Positions 26,533 through 40,584 of a stretch of DNA of 64,000 bases are shown here, one piece after another (the stretch's first letter is position 1; each line of letters opens with the position of its first letter). The stretch is taken from NCBI RefSeq assembly GCF_964355755.1, contig NC_092673.1, positions 434,001 through 498,000 on the forward strand, written 5' to 3'. The position numbers and the translations under genes are program-made. This stretch comes from Antedon mediterranea. Its lineage: Eukaryota; Animalia; Echinodermata. Below the pieces are notes generated by a model. That model made no database searches. It was not told where the DNA came from and saw only the letters and a program-made list of their open reading frames with translations.

Positions 26533-26735
26533 CATTTTTAGATTTGTCTATCTTGCAGCACAAGACACCAGACACAAGACCTGGTTGATAAGAACAGGAT
26601 GGAATACCACTTTTCTTGTGTCCATAGAAAACATCTATTCTACCACCAGCTAAACACGATGACTTGTTCGGTCTTCGTTGCGAACAATGTCTACCAATTC
26701 CACCCATGTTGTCTTCGTGATTCTTTCCTGAACAC
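26533..26735 (-). CDS. Secreted protein exon 7, Cys-rich domain 2 C-half (CSGKNHEDNMGGIGRHC...SCLAGGRID...CSYQPGLVSGVLCCKIDKSKN)
   Basis: Acceptor TGTTTAG and donor G|GTAAGT; 203 nt, phase 2 to 1. Confidence 0.92.
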
Positions 26736-29159
26736 CTAAACAAATTTGGTAATATATTATTTATTATTAACATACCATTTATAATACATCATTGGCACTC
26801 AATACTATGAAGATAGTAAACATAGTCAATTAAATACAATATTTTATTTCTCAAAATCAACTGCTTATTCCAAAACTAAAAGATAAACAGAATGTTATTA
26901 TATCAAGTTGATCTTAGACATATTATAAGAAGAGAAATAAGGTAATATGTAACAGAGGAAGACTCATAGTACAACCTGTACAGGCAACGGTTAGCATTTA
27001 CACACATAAACTGATACAGTTAAAAATTCAATTAAATCAATTGTGACATTCAGCTCAAAATGTGTAAATCAAAATTGAATAATGTTTTAGATTGATTTTG
27101 ACAAATTATACGTCTCGTTGAAATATGTTTCAACACACGCTGAAGCTGCGGAGTCCCAAAAGAGAACCAGGGTATTCCCGTCGGCATGTCTTTAAGATCG
27201 CATCCAAGATGAGGTAGAACGTTACATTAGTCATTGGGCTTTAGATGCTCCCAGTAGTAATGCAATTCAAACCATGTATAACCTAATATTAGGATTATGA
27301 TTATGATAAAAAAAAATTAACTGAACATAAATAGATGTTAAATAGATAATGAAATAAATCATGAATGTACCACTAGACTTTCGGGTTAAAATCAAAATCG
27401 TGAGGCATTTAATAAACAGGCAAACTTTCTTATAATTACGTGACATGTTTTAAGAATACTATTCTCATCATCAGAGCTGAAATCAACACCTTATATACCT
27501 GTTACACAGTTGTATTTAAATAATTAAATATTGTAGATGATAGATATTCCACCACTGTAATTTATAAGTTAATATTTATGCAACTACAAGATTTAACTTT
27601 CAATCTATTTCAAAATGATTTTCACTGTAATTGAAAATATTTGTTGTAAAGAAATTGTAGAATAAATATTTATTTTTGAAAAGTCATTCTGATCAAATGA
27701 CTATGCTGCTTAGGTTTGTATTCAAAGGAAGTTATTTATTTTTGGGATATAGAATCTGTTGTTTCACTTTTAAATCTAAATTAGTTTGACCAACGAGACA
27801 ATTTAAATGTATTGTTTAATTTGAAAACGCATTAAATATAAATAATAAGTATGATTTATGGCCACCTGTAGGATTCTTATTCTTTTCTCTATACATTGTA
27901 TATATCAACTTGGTGAATAGCATAAACTGTAACACTAATAATAATATGCAGATATAATAGTAACTTGGTGAATAGCATAAACTGTAACACTAATAATAAT
28001 ATGAAGATATAATAGTTTTTTATAATATAATTTGATGATATGTATTTTTGTACTGTTTGTATTGTATTGCCGAGGGCCCCAATGATCAGTTGTGATGGAT
28101 GGGCTACCCTCATGAAACATGGTCCAATAAAAACAATAAATAATAAAATAAGACGACTTATTATTTTGCTTGCTCACTTTGAACGAAAGAAAGAAAGATT
28201 GTCAGATTCAATTGGCTGCTCATGTCTTGTTTACAGATTGATTCATTTTAACATTTGTAGTTCATTTAAAACATTAATCCTCACATTTCCATTCATCCAT
28301 CCTTGATTAGTCACAGAACAAGATAAAGCATGAACTTACACATGAGTACGGTATGTTGAGTACAAGACTAACTTGAGATCTAAGTGAACCGATATGTTTC
28401 TGCTTGACGTACTAACATTATAAAATGATTCATTGAAATATTATTAACGAATCAATATAAGTAATCGGCATAAACTACTGTAGATTACAAATATTAGCAA
28501 CACATTTAATACCAATCAGATAAAACTTGTGAAACATGTTTTATAGCATTTATTATCTATCATTTAAATATAAATCAATCACAATTATTCAATAAAATAA
28601 AAGCAATAAAATAATCAATATTATAACAATTTGTTGATCAATGAATATAAGAACTATATGTTAATGATATTTTTTCAGGTGTATGAACAGAAGAATGACC
28701 TCTAGCTCTTAGCATTTAAAAACCTGAATTTGTAGATAAAAAAGCTTATTTCCCTACCATTTTGCCATGTCATATAAACTTAAGTCTGTCTGCTGGGACT
28801 TGGTACCTGTCCATCTACGACTCACGGGAGCCAATTTTAATGTCAGTGTATAGTCTGAGCATGCCTAAGCACTACTATTTGTATAATCTTTTCAGAATAG
28901 CCTCTGAGAAGTCTTTAGTCTAAGGACCGGTTCCTTGTATATAGGGACGACTATTTAATCATTTTGAACAACAAAAATCAGTTTTAAGCATTGAGACTCA
29001 TAGCTACTCAAATAAATAATATAATAAATAATATGAGAGTTTGCTAATTTATGCTAATTTCCTGCTTTCAATGTTTAATGTTATCAGCATCAATCAATTA
29101 TTCTTTCGTAATTCTATCTACTACTATCCATTATGTTATTCAAAAGTTTGTAAATCTAA

Positions 29160-29319
29160 AGCTCTGTCTACATTATCAAACTAGTTTGACAAAAAAGTAT
29201 GATGTGCCAAAATATGGTGGTGATATGCCTAAATATGGTAGTGATATGACATCATCATGTCAATATATGGGCACATCACATTTTTTTGTCATATAAAGTT
29301 TGATAGTGTGGACAGAACT
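29160..29319. mobile_element. PIF/Harbinger-type MITE, family A copy
   Basis: Same TIRs with TAA on both flanks. Confidence 0.85.
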
Positions 29320-31432
29320 TAACACTAAAAAAAAAAAAAAAGAAGCAAGAATGCAGTTGTTTTGGGAGTTGTTCCAATAATATAAGCTTACATTTAAGTT
29401 GTCTGCAAGTTAGTTATTCTTGTTAAAATTGACGGAAATCACAATATTTATTAATCCGGCTAAAAGCGAAAATAGGTTGTCAGCTGTATTTTCTGCTGTA
29501 TAATCACAGCACCTAGCTTATCATTCTACTAGCAGGTCTATACACTCAATAATAGTTTGTCAGCATAATTTATTTCAAAATTAACAATCATTGTATGAAT
29601 TGCAAAATAAATTGTAATTTTTGGAGAACATTTTTTTTTACATCAATGTAAACAAGCAATCATTTTTTTCCATTAGTAAATTGTAATAAATCTTGTTATG
29701 TTATCAAAGTTAGTACAGAAAGTTAAAAAGATAGAATCAGAATTGAACATTCAACAGGATTAGGAGGCAAGGGCCACAACTTGATAAGTTGGCATAAAAG
29801 AAAATGTGTGCATTTAATTTTTAATGTATATTTTTATAATTATTTGAAAGAAATGAGAGAAACGCTCCTACCCTCCTCAGGTTAAAAATATAGTTTTTGA
29901 AATGACAAATTCTAAACCAAGAAAAAGTAACAAATTCAAGCATTTCATTCACCATATAAAATAATTATTTTCATTTAGAATTTAGAGATTAAAGATCATT
30001 GGTAATTAGCCTGGTTATTGCCAGTATGTGGGATGCTTTGGGATTTCATTTTAGTAACATGGAAATCCTATCTCATAAATTATATATTTATGGCGTCAAC
30101 TTTTTCAAATTATTTCATATTGAAAGATTAACTACTTTCATAATGTTTGTATAATGTGAGAGGTTGTGTAAATTAAATAATGATTTAAAACTTTAGTAGC
30201 ATGCATACCGAAGGCTACGGTATTCATAGTCAGATAATGGATTTATTAATAATTCAATTCAATTCAACTTTATTTCAGACAAACTGTCCATATGAAACAT
30301 ATACATACACTAAAAAAGAGAAAGAAATCCAAAGCATTATGTGGAGGGAGGACCAATAATTATTTGTTGACATACAGTGCCTCTCTCCACTTAAATATAT
30401 ATTTTACTATATACCACATACAGTGCCTCTCTCCACTTAAATATACATTTTACTACGTATATACCAAGAATTACGATGTAGTGTCAGCAAGAAAATACAA
30501 CTTGTATCTTATGAAGTTTGTCAAGCGCATTTTAGAATCACACTTTCAACTGACTATTCAGTTACTGTTTCCTTGTTTACTTTGTCAAAATGTATCTCCT
30601 TTAAAATCTAAAAAATAATACTCAAGGATACTTAAATGTGATCCTCCAAATCTATCGCAAATTAAATATTAGATCAAGTTTGTTTAAATAAGTTAAAGTT
30701 TTCAAACTTGGTGACACAAGCTTTACAAATATTATCCCCGAATTTCCTCTTTACCCCAAAATTTACTTTCACTCCATTCAGATTCACTCTTCTTCACTCT
30801 AAAATTGTTAAAATTATTCATAAATTCACCATAAACCCCATTTCAATTTCCAATAATATTTCACTTTTATCCTAAATAGCACTTTTAACCCCGCATTTCA
30901 TTTTAATCCAGAATTCCCCTATAATGTCCAAAGATGTCTCAAATGTAGGACCTCCCGCTGGTTTTGTTAAAAACCTGACTTGACAGGCAAGTTTCTGATC
31001 TGTCCAAAAAATGATAACCCCCCGGGCTTAGTTGATGGCCTCATTTGAATTTAAATTGTCAATATATTGCACCATTTTAAGAGAAAGCTCTATGATATGG
31101 CAATTTGAGTTTAATATACATAAAGGTATCCAACTTACCCAATTTTAATACAGTATATCTATAAAAAAACAAACAGCAAAATCAAGCATTTTAACTCAGA
31201 ATCCGCAACCATTTTCCAAGAGTCAAAAACGTGTTTATTTATTGTTTTATATTCAGAAGAAATCTTTCTGTCTTGTGTTCATTATTCTATTAAAATTTAA
31301 TTTGGTATTACATTTTAGGCCTCCTATAAGCAAAGGACAATGTAATTGGAAATATGCTGATGAAACTGGGTTAAGTCCTAGAATGTACAAGCAACATGCT
31401 CAAAGAACAGATGCTACATTACCCCAATTTAA

Positions 31433-32058
31433 AGCCCCATTCCCTACGTTTTTTAGATCTAATTTAAGATCACAAACTATATTTAATGTAAAAATAATAC
31501 TATATGGTCCTATTGCGATAACTTTTTTCGTCTTTAAACGGTTAAAAATGTGAAAAATAAATCGATTTTAATAATTATAGCGGCCCGCTATAAATCCCAA
31601 AATGCATTGCGCGCGGATTGATATTTTTGTTTTTCACCTGTAATTCGCCCACTTTTCGATCGATCGTGAAGCCAAAACAAATGGAAGACTCCTAACTTTT
31701 CAGCGAAAATACCGGGTTTTCCCCAATTTTTATCAACGGAGTCTGGCAAAAATAGAAAGACAATTAATGCAGCAACTATACAACATCAGGCTAGGTATAT
31801 AGCTAGCGTACGATGTTCGTACGTTACCAATGTTTACCAGCTAGGCCTACAAAACTAAGCCTAGCTAGGCTAGGCCTGAGACCGTCCACGAGAGGTCGAT
31901 CGCCGCGAGCTACTTAGGTAGTGCATTGTTTCTCACTTTTTATCATAATTTACCATAAAACGTACATTTAAGACAAGGAATGACATGGTTTAATGTTTTT
32001 AAAGTGATATATATGTATTATTTTCCAAAAAACGTCCAAAATTGCAGGGAAGGGGTCT
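31433..32058. mobile_element. Non-autonomous Kolobok-like DNA transposon
   Basis: TTAA on both sides (31429-32 and 32059-62), AG...CT termini, imperfect TIR AGCCCCATTCCCTAC vs AGACCCCTTCCCTGC (12/15), and a CpG-rich interior in a CpG-poor intron. Confidence 0.65.
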
Positions 32059-34359
32059 TTAAGGTTAATATTGTAGTCAATGACTTGTTGTATGTTGCTT
32101 CACATTTTGCAGATTTGTGATTTTTGAAGAAGATACTTAATTATTTAATTTAGTAACTGTCACCTGGATTAAGTAATCAAGATAAGCAATTGCTTAATGG
32201 CATAAATGTTTTATCATTTATTTGAGTATGTATGTAAATTTACATATAACACCCAGGAATTGATAATAATGATAGGATACACACATTAAACAAATATGGA
32301 AAATATATTGTGAATAAATTTTCAACAAAACAATATATAAAATACATTTTTGGTCATCTCGGAAATTAATGACGGGTGCTACAATAATAGAATCATTCTA
32401 AAGGCCTACTGTACATCACGTTTATTGAAGTATGGTGTGCAAATGTTGTCAAATAACTGAGCCTGTTTGATCAATGATGTGCTAAATCCCATTGGGAAGG
32501 AGGTATTATGAGTCAATAAGCCGTTTCCCAATTTAGTCAGATGTATCTGTTAATATTCCGTGTCAGTTCAGACATTCCATGAAAAATGTTCACTACTGAT
32601 AAAACAATTCTTATATTCATTTATTACATTATCGTGCCATAGGGGATTCCCGCGAGATGATTTCAACATGGCCATGCCATTACAATATTTAGTCTCTATA
32701 GCGTAGCAAAGTACAAATTGCGATAGTATCTATGAGTGATTCATATAAATGGGGGACTGGGATCTCTTGGTGACTGCCTAATTCAATTCTTTTAAATGTC
32801 AACAATAGGCACGAATCAAAGTATATTTAAATTAACAACACCGAATAGATTAACAAATAGATCAATTACTAAAGTGTAAATAATCATCATTTTATAATAA
32901 TCCATTTCTGTATAGTAACTAAAAAAAATTATTATAAACTTTCAGTGTAACTTTAAATTTGTTAGGGAGTATAACATTTTCAATATTACTTTTTCTAATA
33001 ACAAGTAACATTTTAAATTTATAAAGAGATATTAACAGATCCAGGTAGCAGAAACGTAATTTTGCCTGTTAGTAATAAACTACCGTACCAAGCATTTTCA
33101 ACCAGAATCGTCACTGATGTCTGCACAATGTCGTACTGTTAGCAGCCCGTCACACCAGGAAAACCAATGTTACGCTACGCTTACAGCACCGTCCCCTGGG
33201 CTTGGCGCCGCAATTTAAAACCTCTCTCTAGCGTGTAACTTCACAATGCAGGCACTCTTTCCTAGATTGTTGTTACTTGTTCTACTTTCTCTTTCGATTG
33301 AATACAATGTCGTTTTATTGATCCAATAGCATATTCTTTTGACAGATCCCTAAAGCTTTGTAATACTCCACCCTAAATCCCGTTGGAATGAGCACCATTC
33401 ATTGAAATCATTTATTAACTGGGTGAAACATCTTTATTTAATATTGTTTGTTGTTTTCAACATGAGATTCATATTTTCGTATTGCTTTGATTCTTATCGA
33501 CACCGACCTTACTTTAATGTCAGGTAAACTTTTCTCTACATATTTATAAAAAATAATATATAAAAAGTAAATCGAAGGAAATCTTCAATCATTAATAAAG
33601 TCATAAACCAACATAACCAAACACTACCAATCAAACCGACCATACAAAAACTACCAGTCAACCAGACTACCCATCGAGCAACCAACCAAACTACAGTACC
33701 ACACAAAAATCAACCAACTAGACTACCAACCGAGTAAACTACCAAACGAAATCTCAAACTAACCAATCAATCAAAATATAAGACAACCAACCAAACTATC
33801 AACAAACCAAAAAACAAATATTCAATAAATCTATAATAATCAATAAACAATATTACTATCAATTGAAACAATAGAACACTTAAACTCAGCTGTCTCAATT
33901 TATCCACAACAAACTAGGTATGATTCACTTTCATTTTCAATCAAGATGCGAAACAAAGAAAAGACATTCTTTCCCCAAGACATTGATGTTTTTTCAACAA
34001 TATGTGTCTTAATGTATCTAGAAACACATTTGGAAGTTAGGCATACATGTGACCTTAGATAGAACTGTCTCGTCTGATAGTTGAGATGTATACCGCGATG
34101 CATGAACGCCAACAAAATGTATGTAATGTGTATGGTTGTACTTGTTAAGCAAGAAACATTGATTTGTCAAATCAGATTTCCAAACAAAGGTTGTTTAGAA
34201 ACCTTCACTCCACCATTCTCAAATGCCTGATGTACCTGTACAGGACTATTGACTAAAGTACCATAGATGTCAGTAGCTCATTACTCTTCTTCTGTCTATC
34301 TCTGTTCTCCATCAAGTTCTTTTGATAGTGTTATATCTTCCTTTGTTTTCTCCATCTAA

Positions 34360-34494
34360 AGCTCTGTCTACACTATCAAACAAATTTGATAAAAAAGTGT
34401 GATGTGTCCAAATATGGTGGTAATATGACATCATCTTGTCCATATATGGGCACATCACATTTTTGATATAAATTTTGATAGTGTAGACAGAGCT
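34360..34494. mobile_element. PIF/Harbinger-type MITE, family A copy
   Basis: Perfect 21-bp TIR; flanks TAA and TTA. Confidence 0.85.
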
Positions 34495-34557
34495 TTAATC
34501 AAATTGTTTGCAATAAACATGGATAAACAATATTATATAAAATATTTTAAAACTTAC

Positions 34558-34804
34558 TTCCTACATCTTCCAAAATTATTAGCTGCATTGTAGGCATAAC
34601 AACCATTCATACTGTTGGCGTCTTGCCAAGAAATAAGTCCCAGGTATTTCTGGTCGTTGTGATTGCACACGCTCCAACCTTGAGCGCACAATACTTTGCC
34701 GTGTTTCACGTGTCCTTTCCATGCTCCGTGGCACGCAACGATCCCCGGTACCTGGTGTAGGCCTTCTATTGAATTATCATGACATCCCATTTCTTCTTCT
34801 GGAA
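34558..34804 (-). CDS. Secreted protein exon 6, Cys-rich domain 2 N-half (GCHDNSIEGL...CHGAWKGH...CAQGWSVC...GCYAYNAA...CRK)
   Basis: Acceptor TCCACAG and donor GTAAGT; 247 nt, phase 1 to 2. Confidence 0.92.
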
Positions 34805-36149
34805 CTGTGGAAAAACAAACAAAACAATAATTAAACATTCATTTTTTTTTTATTTATTCAATTTCTGCCATATTCAATACAAAGATAAAGACAAAACGAA
34901 AAATATAAAAGGCAAGGCAAAGGCAAACACCTACATATAATAAATATGAAGGGCTGTTGTTGCCTGAAAGCTCTGCTAATTTTTCTGGCCGTTTTAACTT
35001 TATCGTTTTGATTGAAATAGCTTTTTGCTTATTTAATTTTGTATCTTTATTGAGATCCAGCCACTGATATCCAGAGCATTGTCATTGTTTCAGTAATTTG
35101 CCTTTGTATTTATATATAAAATAAATAAAAATATAAGAAAATTGCTACATTATCTAAATTAAACTTTTTGTTATCCATGGTTCTGCAGGTTATTCCCCAA
35201 AGGACTTTAAAAAAAGATGTTTCTAATAATGACTATAGGATGTAATACGTACAAAACCATATCTGGAAAATGTAAATGCATGGAGATGCCAAATTTCTAT
35301 TTTCACTTTAGCATATCTCGTGAACACCAACCCACAGCAATTAAATGACACTAGACATATTACATTAGTAATGTCTTTAGAATTATTTTTAGGCCATTCT
35401 AATTACGTTTAAGTTGTTCATAAAGATGTTATATTCAGTCTATTCGATAAAGTAATCCTGGTAAAATCTTGTAGATTAAATAAATTTATAGATTTATAAT
35501 AAACATTATCAGTAAATTGTAGTTTAGTCCCCAATAGTAGTTATTTTGCTATTTCTTTTAACACTATCTATTTAAAGAAAATTCTATTTAAAATCTCAAA
35601 TAAAAAAAGTGTCTTGTTAAGTTTTAACACAGCGTAACGTCTTTTCACAGTTTGTATTTTAATATCGTCCGTCAGTCATCGCACTTGTACGACAAAATGT
35701 GCACCGACGATGTCATCCTTAATTTCCTGTCAACTAGGTACAGAGCTTAGCAAACCTTGTCAGCATAGAGCACCTCTGCTAACTGTTTGTTCCCGGTATT
35801 AAGACGTTTGAACACTACCGCTCTGTGCCTGGTCGGTGTGTATAAACACTGTCGCTGTTCATTAACTTATCAATTAAAGCAGCTAAATTGTTTTCACTCC
35901 CATTAACGGTACAAAACTCTGCGGCAGATTTCAATGAATTTCTCTTTTTTTTTGCCCAAACAGTTCAATGCCCTGAACAGTTCAGGACATTTGTCCAATG
36001 CATAGCAGCAGTAGATACCAGCTTTACATTTAGTTTATAAAAGATGATATAGAAGCCTGAAGGAAAAGATTAAGACTATTCTAAACCATCCATAGCCCTA
36101 TACATCAATACACTAAGTAATTGTATTAATGAACCAAACTTCTGTACTC

Positions 36150-36188
<39 letters not shown>

Positions 36189-36478
36189 CCAATTTAGTTA
36201 TAACTAAAACAAATTGATATAGTATACCAATATAAAGTTTCCACGTGTAATGCTTGTAAAATTCTAATTTAGCTAACATTCATGCAGTGCATTTTTTGCA
36301 GAGGAAAATAAAATAAAAACTAGAATTTAATTTGTTACTTTAACGAATTATAGGTGATCATTTTCATAATTTTACTGACTTTGTAAAGTGGAGCTCCACT
36401 CAGAAAATTTCTATTTTCCATACATTTCAAGCAGTGCATTCTTTGTAGAGGAAAGTATAATAAAAATAGTATACAGCA

Positions 36479-36637
36479 TGGTGTTTGCAACCATCACCAC
36501 TGGTGTTTGCAACCATCACCACTGGTGTTTGCAACCATCACCACTGGTGTTTGCAACCATCACCACTGGTGTTTGCAACCATCACCACTGGTGTTTGCAA
36601 CCATCACCACTGGTGTTTGCAACCATCACCACTGGTG
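36479..36637. repeat. 22-bp perfect minisatellite x7 (TGGTGTTTGCAACCATCACCAC)
   Basis: Identical tandem units with no spacers. Confidence 0.97.
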
Positions 36638-37725
36638 CAATAATACAAGCAATGTGCAGATATAGCCTTTACCACCAGTATAACCCAGAAAAAAAACTTA
36701 GCCACTAGTTTCCAAGATACACGGCTACTTTAGTGAAGTATTCAGTCAATATTGTGATGGTAGTGTTTGTCACAATTTGACTTAAATCTACATCTTTTTG
36801 ACAATTTAATTACGCCATATACATTACCTTCAATACTAATGACAATTTTAGATGATTTTATCTCGGTTATTTGTGAGTCTGAAAGTTGTGAAAAACACAT
36901 GCACTGTTTTAAGGGTTCTTTTAAAATTGAAAGATATCCATTAAAACAATGTCATTCCTGAAAAACAACTGAATCTAGTTCCTAAATGGTTTTGAACAAT
37001 AAATTAGTCTTTTCATAAGAAATGTGTCGATCAATGTTTTAAAGTCACTGCTAATCAAATACTATCTGTAGGATGGAAAAACTGTAAAGTATGACCATGA
37101 TCCTATACAATTAGTCATAGGTCTATGGTATGATAAGTATAATAATATACTCAGTACAGTATAGGCAGGCAAGAGTGACTTCTCACTGGTATTAGGAAAG
37201 ACAGTAATACAGTACTAAACAATCTGTAGTTTCTTTGTTTAATGAAATGGAATTAATTGTGTTTAATAAATCTTTTTTTCTTCAAACAGAAATGTCTTAT
37301 TTTTTAGCAAATTTTACTGTAGATCCTCATCTACAATAATGCTGTGATTCCTTTCACTGCAATATTTTCTAATTAATTTTTAAGTGTTCTACGCTTCGTT
37401 CAAGGTCCACGTCATTTCTCAGCAGGTAGGAACACTATCGCAACTGCAGGGTGCGGTGAACGACAGACCCTTCAATAAGTTAATGAGATCTGGTTGGATG
37501 TGACATAAGATAACACGTGGACAGGTGGCTGAATAATACGCTAACTGGACCTTAATAACTTACGGTTCTTTTAACCCTTAAAGTGTAAACTGAGTACTGG
37601 ACAATTTGGCATTCCATATTATCAACAAACTGAATAAACACTGAGAAAATTTTAAGGATGTATTTCCCAACTACAAATTATTCAGTAAAAATAACATTAG
37701 TACAGATGTCAGTTAAATTGCATAC

Positions 37726-37839
37726 CATTTTTTACGACTGTGATGAATGTATCTTTACGATCAAAGCCTGATAAATTGTCAGCAACACAGGAATACGCCC
37801 CAGTATCTTGTTCCTCAACTCTTGATAGTGTAAGAGCAC
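37726..37839 (-). CDS. Secreted protein exon 5, Ig I-set C-half (GALTLSRVEEQDTGAYSCVADNLSGFDRKDTFITVVKN)
   Basis: D.G.Y.C.A.N..G motif. Acceptor TTTGTAG and donor G|GTATGC; 114 nt, phase 1-1. Confidence 0.92.
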
Positions 37840-38114
37840 CTACAAAGATGATAAATAAGTATATATACAGGTTTGTTATAAGATGCTTATACCCCCTATT
37901 AAAGGGAGACCTTCAGGACTAAACAAAGTAACTTCCGTTATAGAGGTGTCATCTGAATAGGTTGAATCATTTGTTTTATGTGTCCCCTTAATAGGAGTTG
38001 GCCGTATTGCTCCTCATTCGATTCATAAGGAATTTCCCCTTAATATGGGTGTCACATTCATATGGATGTCCCCTGAATAGGGGTGTCCCAAAGAAAGACG
38101 TAGTTTTGTTATAC

Positions 38115-38282
38115 CTTTATCTAACACTAATCGCGTGTCTTTCTTGTGGATAATTTTTCCATCACGGAACCATCTGAGGTTCGGTTCTGGAAGTCCAGAT
38201 GCATGGCATGTCAATGTCAAATTGAATCCTGACAATATCTTCATTTCTGGTGGTAGAACTGTTTCAATTTCTGGTTGTTGTT
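38115..38282 (-). CDS. Secreted protein exon 4, Ig I-set N-half (PEI...GFNLTLTCHASGLPEPNLRWFRDG)
   Basis: I-set signature LTC.ASG.P.P...W..DG. Acceptor CTTCAG and donor AG|GTATAA; 168 nt, phase 1-1. Confidence 0.9.
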
Positions 38283-40584
38283 CTGAAGGAGAAAATTAAA
38301 AATTACATGTCACAAATAATACAATTTTAAAGTAATAAATCATAACTCTATTCTGACATAAAAAAACCACAAAGACTAAGAAAGGAAAAGCGAAACAAAA
38401 GTGCTGTACTAGATCTACGGTATGTTTAATTGTAAAAACAATAGAACATCAAATTGTAAAGTGTCTAATCCATGTTGAAATCTCTCTAATCAGAGACTTC
38501 ATAAATAATTGATGAATTATACCAAATACAGATGTTGTACAGGCAACAGCTAATAAAATGAGCACTAACATTTTTTTATTTTCTCAACACATAAATGCTC
38601 CATTTTTTTCTGCTATGGATATAAAAAGATGAATGAATGAATAATAGAAATATAGTAGCTACTGTAGGCCTACTAGATAGCCATTTGCTAAATGTCATGA
38701 TCCACAGGTGAAGATTCATCTCCTTTGAGGAATAAAACACAAAAACCTTTTTCTATGATTCATCTCTCATCTGGGTTTTGATTAATTTTGTACCGACGTC
38801 GTCCTCCCATGTTTACTTAAAAGCCTTTCTAAGCACTTGCTTACAGTACATGACGCACCTGTTACCAGACGGGAAAAGCTACGTCCCATCAAACCGAGTT
38901 TACAGAAACTAAGGAAGCTCAAGAAATATCTCCACCTGTTAGGATCATTCTCACTTATACGAATATCTTCACTGATGACAATGATTATAATTGAAATATT
39001 GAGCAGGTAAAGAGCTAGGCCCAGATAGTATGTACACCTGTGGTATCTAAGGATTTTCCCTGGTGAGAAATCAGCTTGTTCTCTTTTCATACCGTAGAGA
39101 TATAGGTCTCTTCCTCTTCTAAACAATTACCTGCCTAGCTTCTGTTATCTGTTCTAAAAATCTTTTTCATAGTGAAAAAAATCTAACATAGCACAATAAT
39201 TCAATCACTTTTATTAGAAAAACTTTTCCTTTAATATTCAATATGTTTAGACTACTGATTTTAAAAGGAACAGGTTTAAAATCAAATTCTAATTTTATAC
39301 CTCCATGGGTTGATTGCTTGTTTTCTTAAAATAGATTTTATTTTTAAACCATAAAAAAAGTTCTTTTAAATGTTGTAAATGTGCTAATTGAATTAAAAAA
39401 GTTTCCTAAGAATAGAAGTTTAGTTACAACTCTTTTCTGAAGATAGTAAAGGTTATATTTGCAGTTTGTGAATCCAATGAGATTCTAACGGATGTTTTGA
39501 TGCCCGACGCGACAGCTTTGGGGTCTCACAAGTACAACAATTGGATAGCAGATGGTTTAATTTAAAACGAAAAAGTAAACTATAGAAAACATGGCTCGTG
39601 ATACTTGTAATTAAAACAGTGACACCAAAATAAATTTAGAATTGATATCAATCAAGAAATGTTATTGCCGGCACTGAATTTTAAATATAGGGCTAATTAC
39701 AGCAGGAGATTTACAAACGCCTCAAAATATATTTGAATTATCATCAATCAACCTATTAAAAATTAGATTTAATATTCAGACATCTATTATAGTCCTAAGT
39801 TGTTACATCCAAATTTGGAAGTTTGGTGACTTAAGGCTTGGAGATCAGTGAGGAAGGAGGATATTGAAAATTACCATAGAGATAGTAATTAAAGTTAATT
39901 GACCTAATTAAATAATTTACATTCCTTTTATGAAAATGATGTACATTAAAGGTATTGAATATTGGTTGACGCAAGATTTCATGGTTGGCATATTTCGTCG
40001 CCTTGTTCATGATTTATGTTTAGCAGTACGTCAGAAAAGGCAGCAACAGTTTCTTGTCAACTGTGCTGTGTGGCAATTATTTGATTAATAGTTTAATAAC
40101 ATATACTGGGGCTATAAATTATGTAATATACTTTTTGAAATGGGATTTTGAAAATAATATGTCTATATAAAATGTTTCAATGACAACCATTTCGTTTAAT
40201 TTTCATGTCATTATTATTTTAAAAACACTGTAAAACACTAGTGAAGTACAGTTGTCATTATAACATATCACCTTCAATATAAACACATTTCATTTTCACT
40301 TTCTTGTTAAATTAAGGTGAAGGACAAATGCATAAGAACAAGATACTACAAGCAATTTACATAGAAATGAAACATCATTTCAAAATGTCAAAGTTCACAA
40401 CTTAAAATGAGACCAGGTGAATGGGGAATCCTATCATCAAAAGTAACATCTTAAAATGAGACCAGGTGAATTGGGAATCCTATCATCAAAAGTAAAATCT
40501 TAAATTGGGTTTTAAAAAACAAAATATTTTTACCAAACCAAAAGTGAAAGAAGCATAAAGTGATGGAAAGAAAAGAAAACACTA

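Noticed and set aside
36479-36637. CRISPR array, or the 106-aa ORF at 36388..36708
   Set aside because: The units are identical and abutting with no spacers, in a eukaryotic intron; the ORF is a repeat artefact. The same applies to the arrays at 23466-23727 and 11963-12090.
20364-38282. Neuregulin/Vein-type EGFR ligand (Ig plus EGF)
   Set aside because: The EGF cysteine spacing is the short WIF type, not C-x7-C-x4/5-C-x10-13-C, and there are two tandem EGFs.
38782-39126. 114-aa ORF or decayed L1/Tx1-like reverse transcriptase fragment (YLG...W...LGLMGR); a similar hint at about 3480-3900
   Set aside because: Only faint motif resemblance with no catalytic motif; it needs a translated search against a repeat library.
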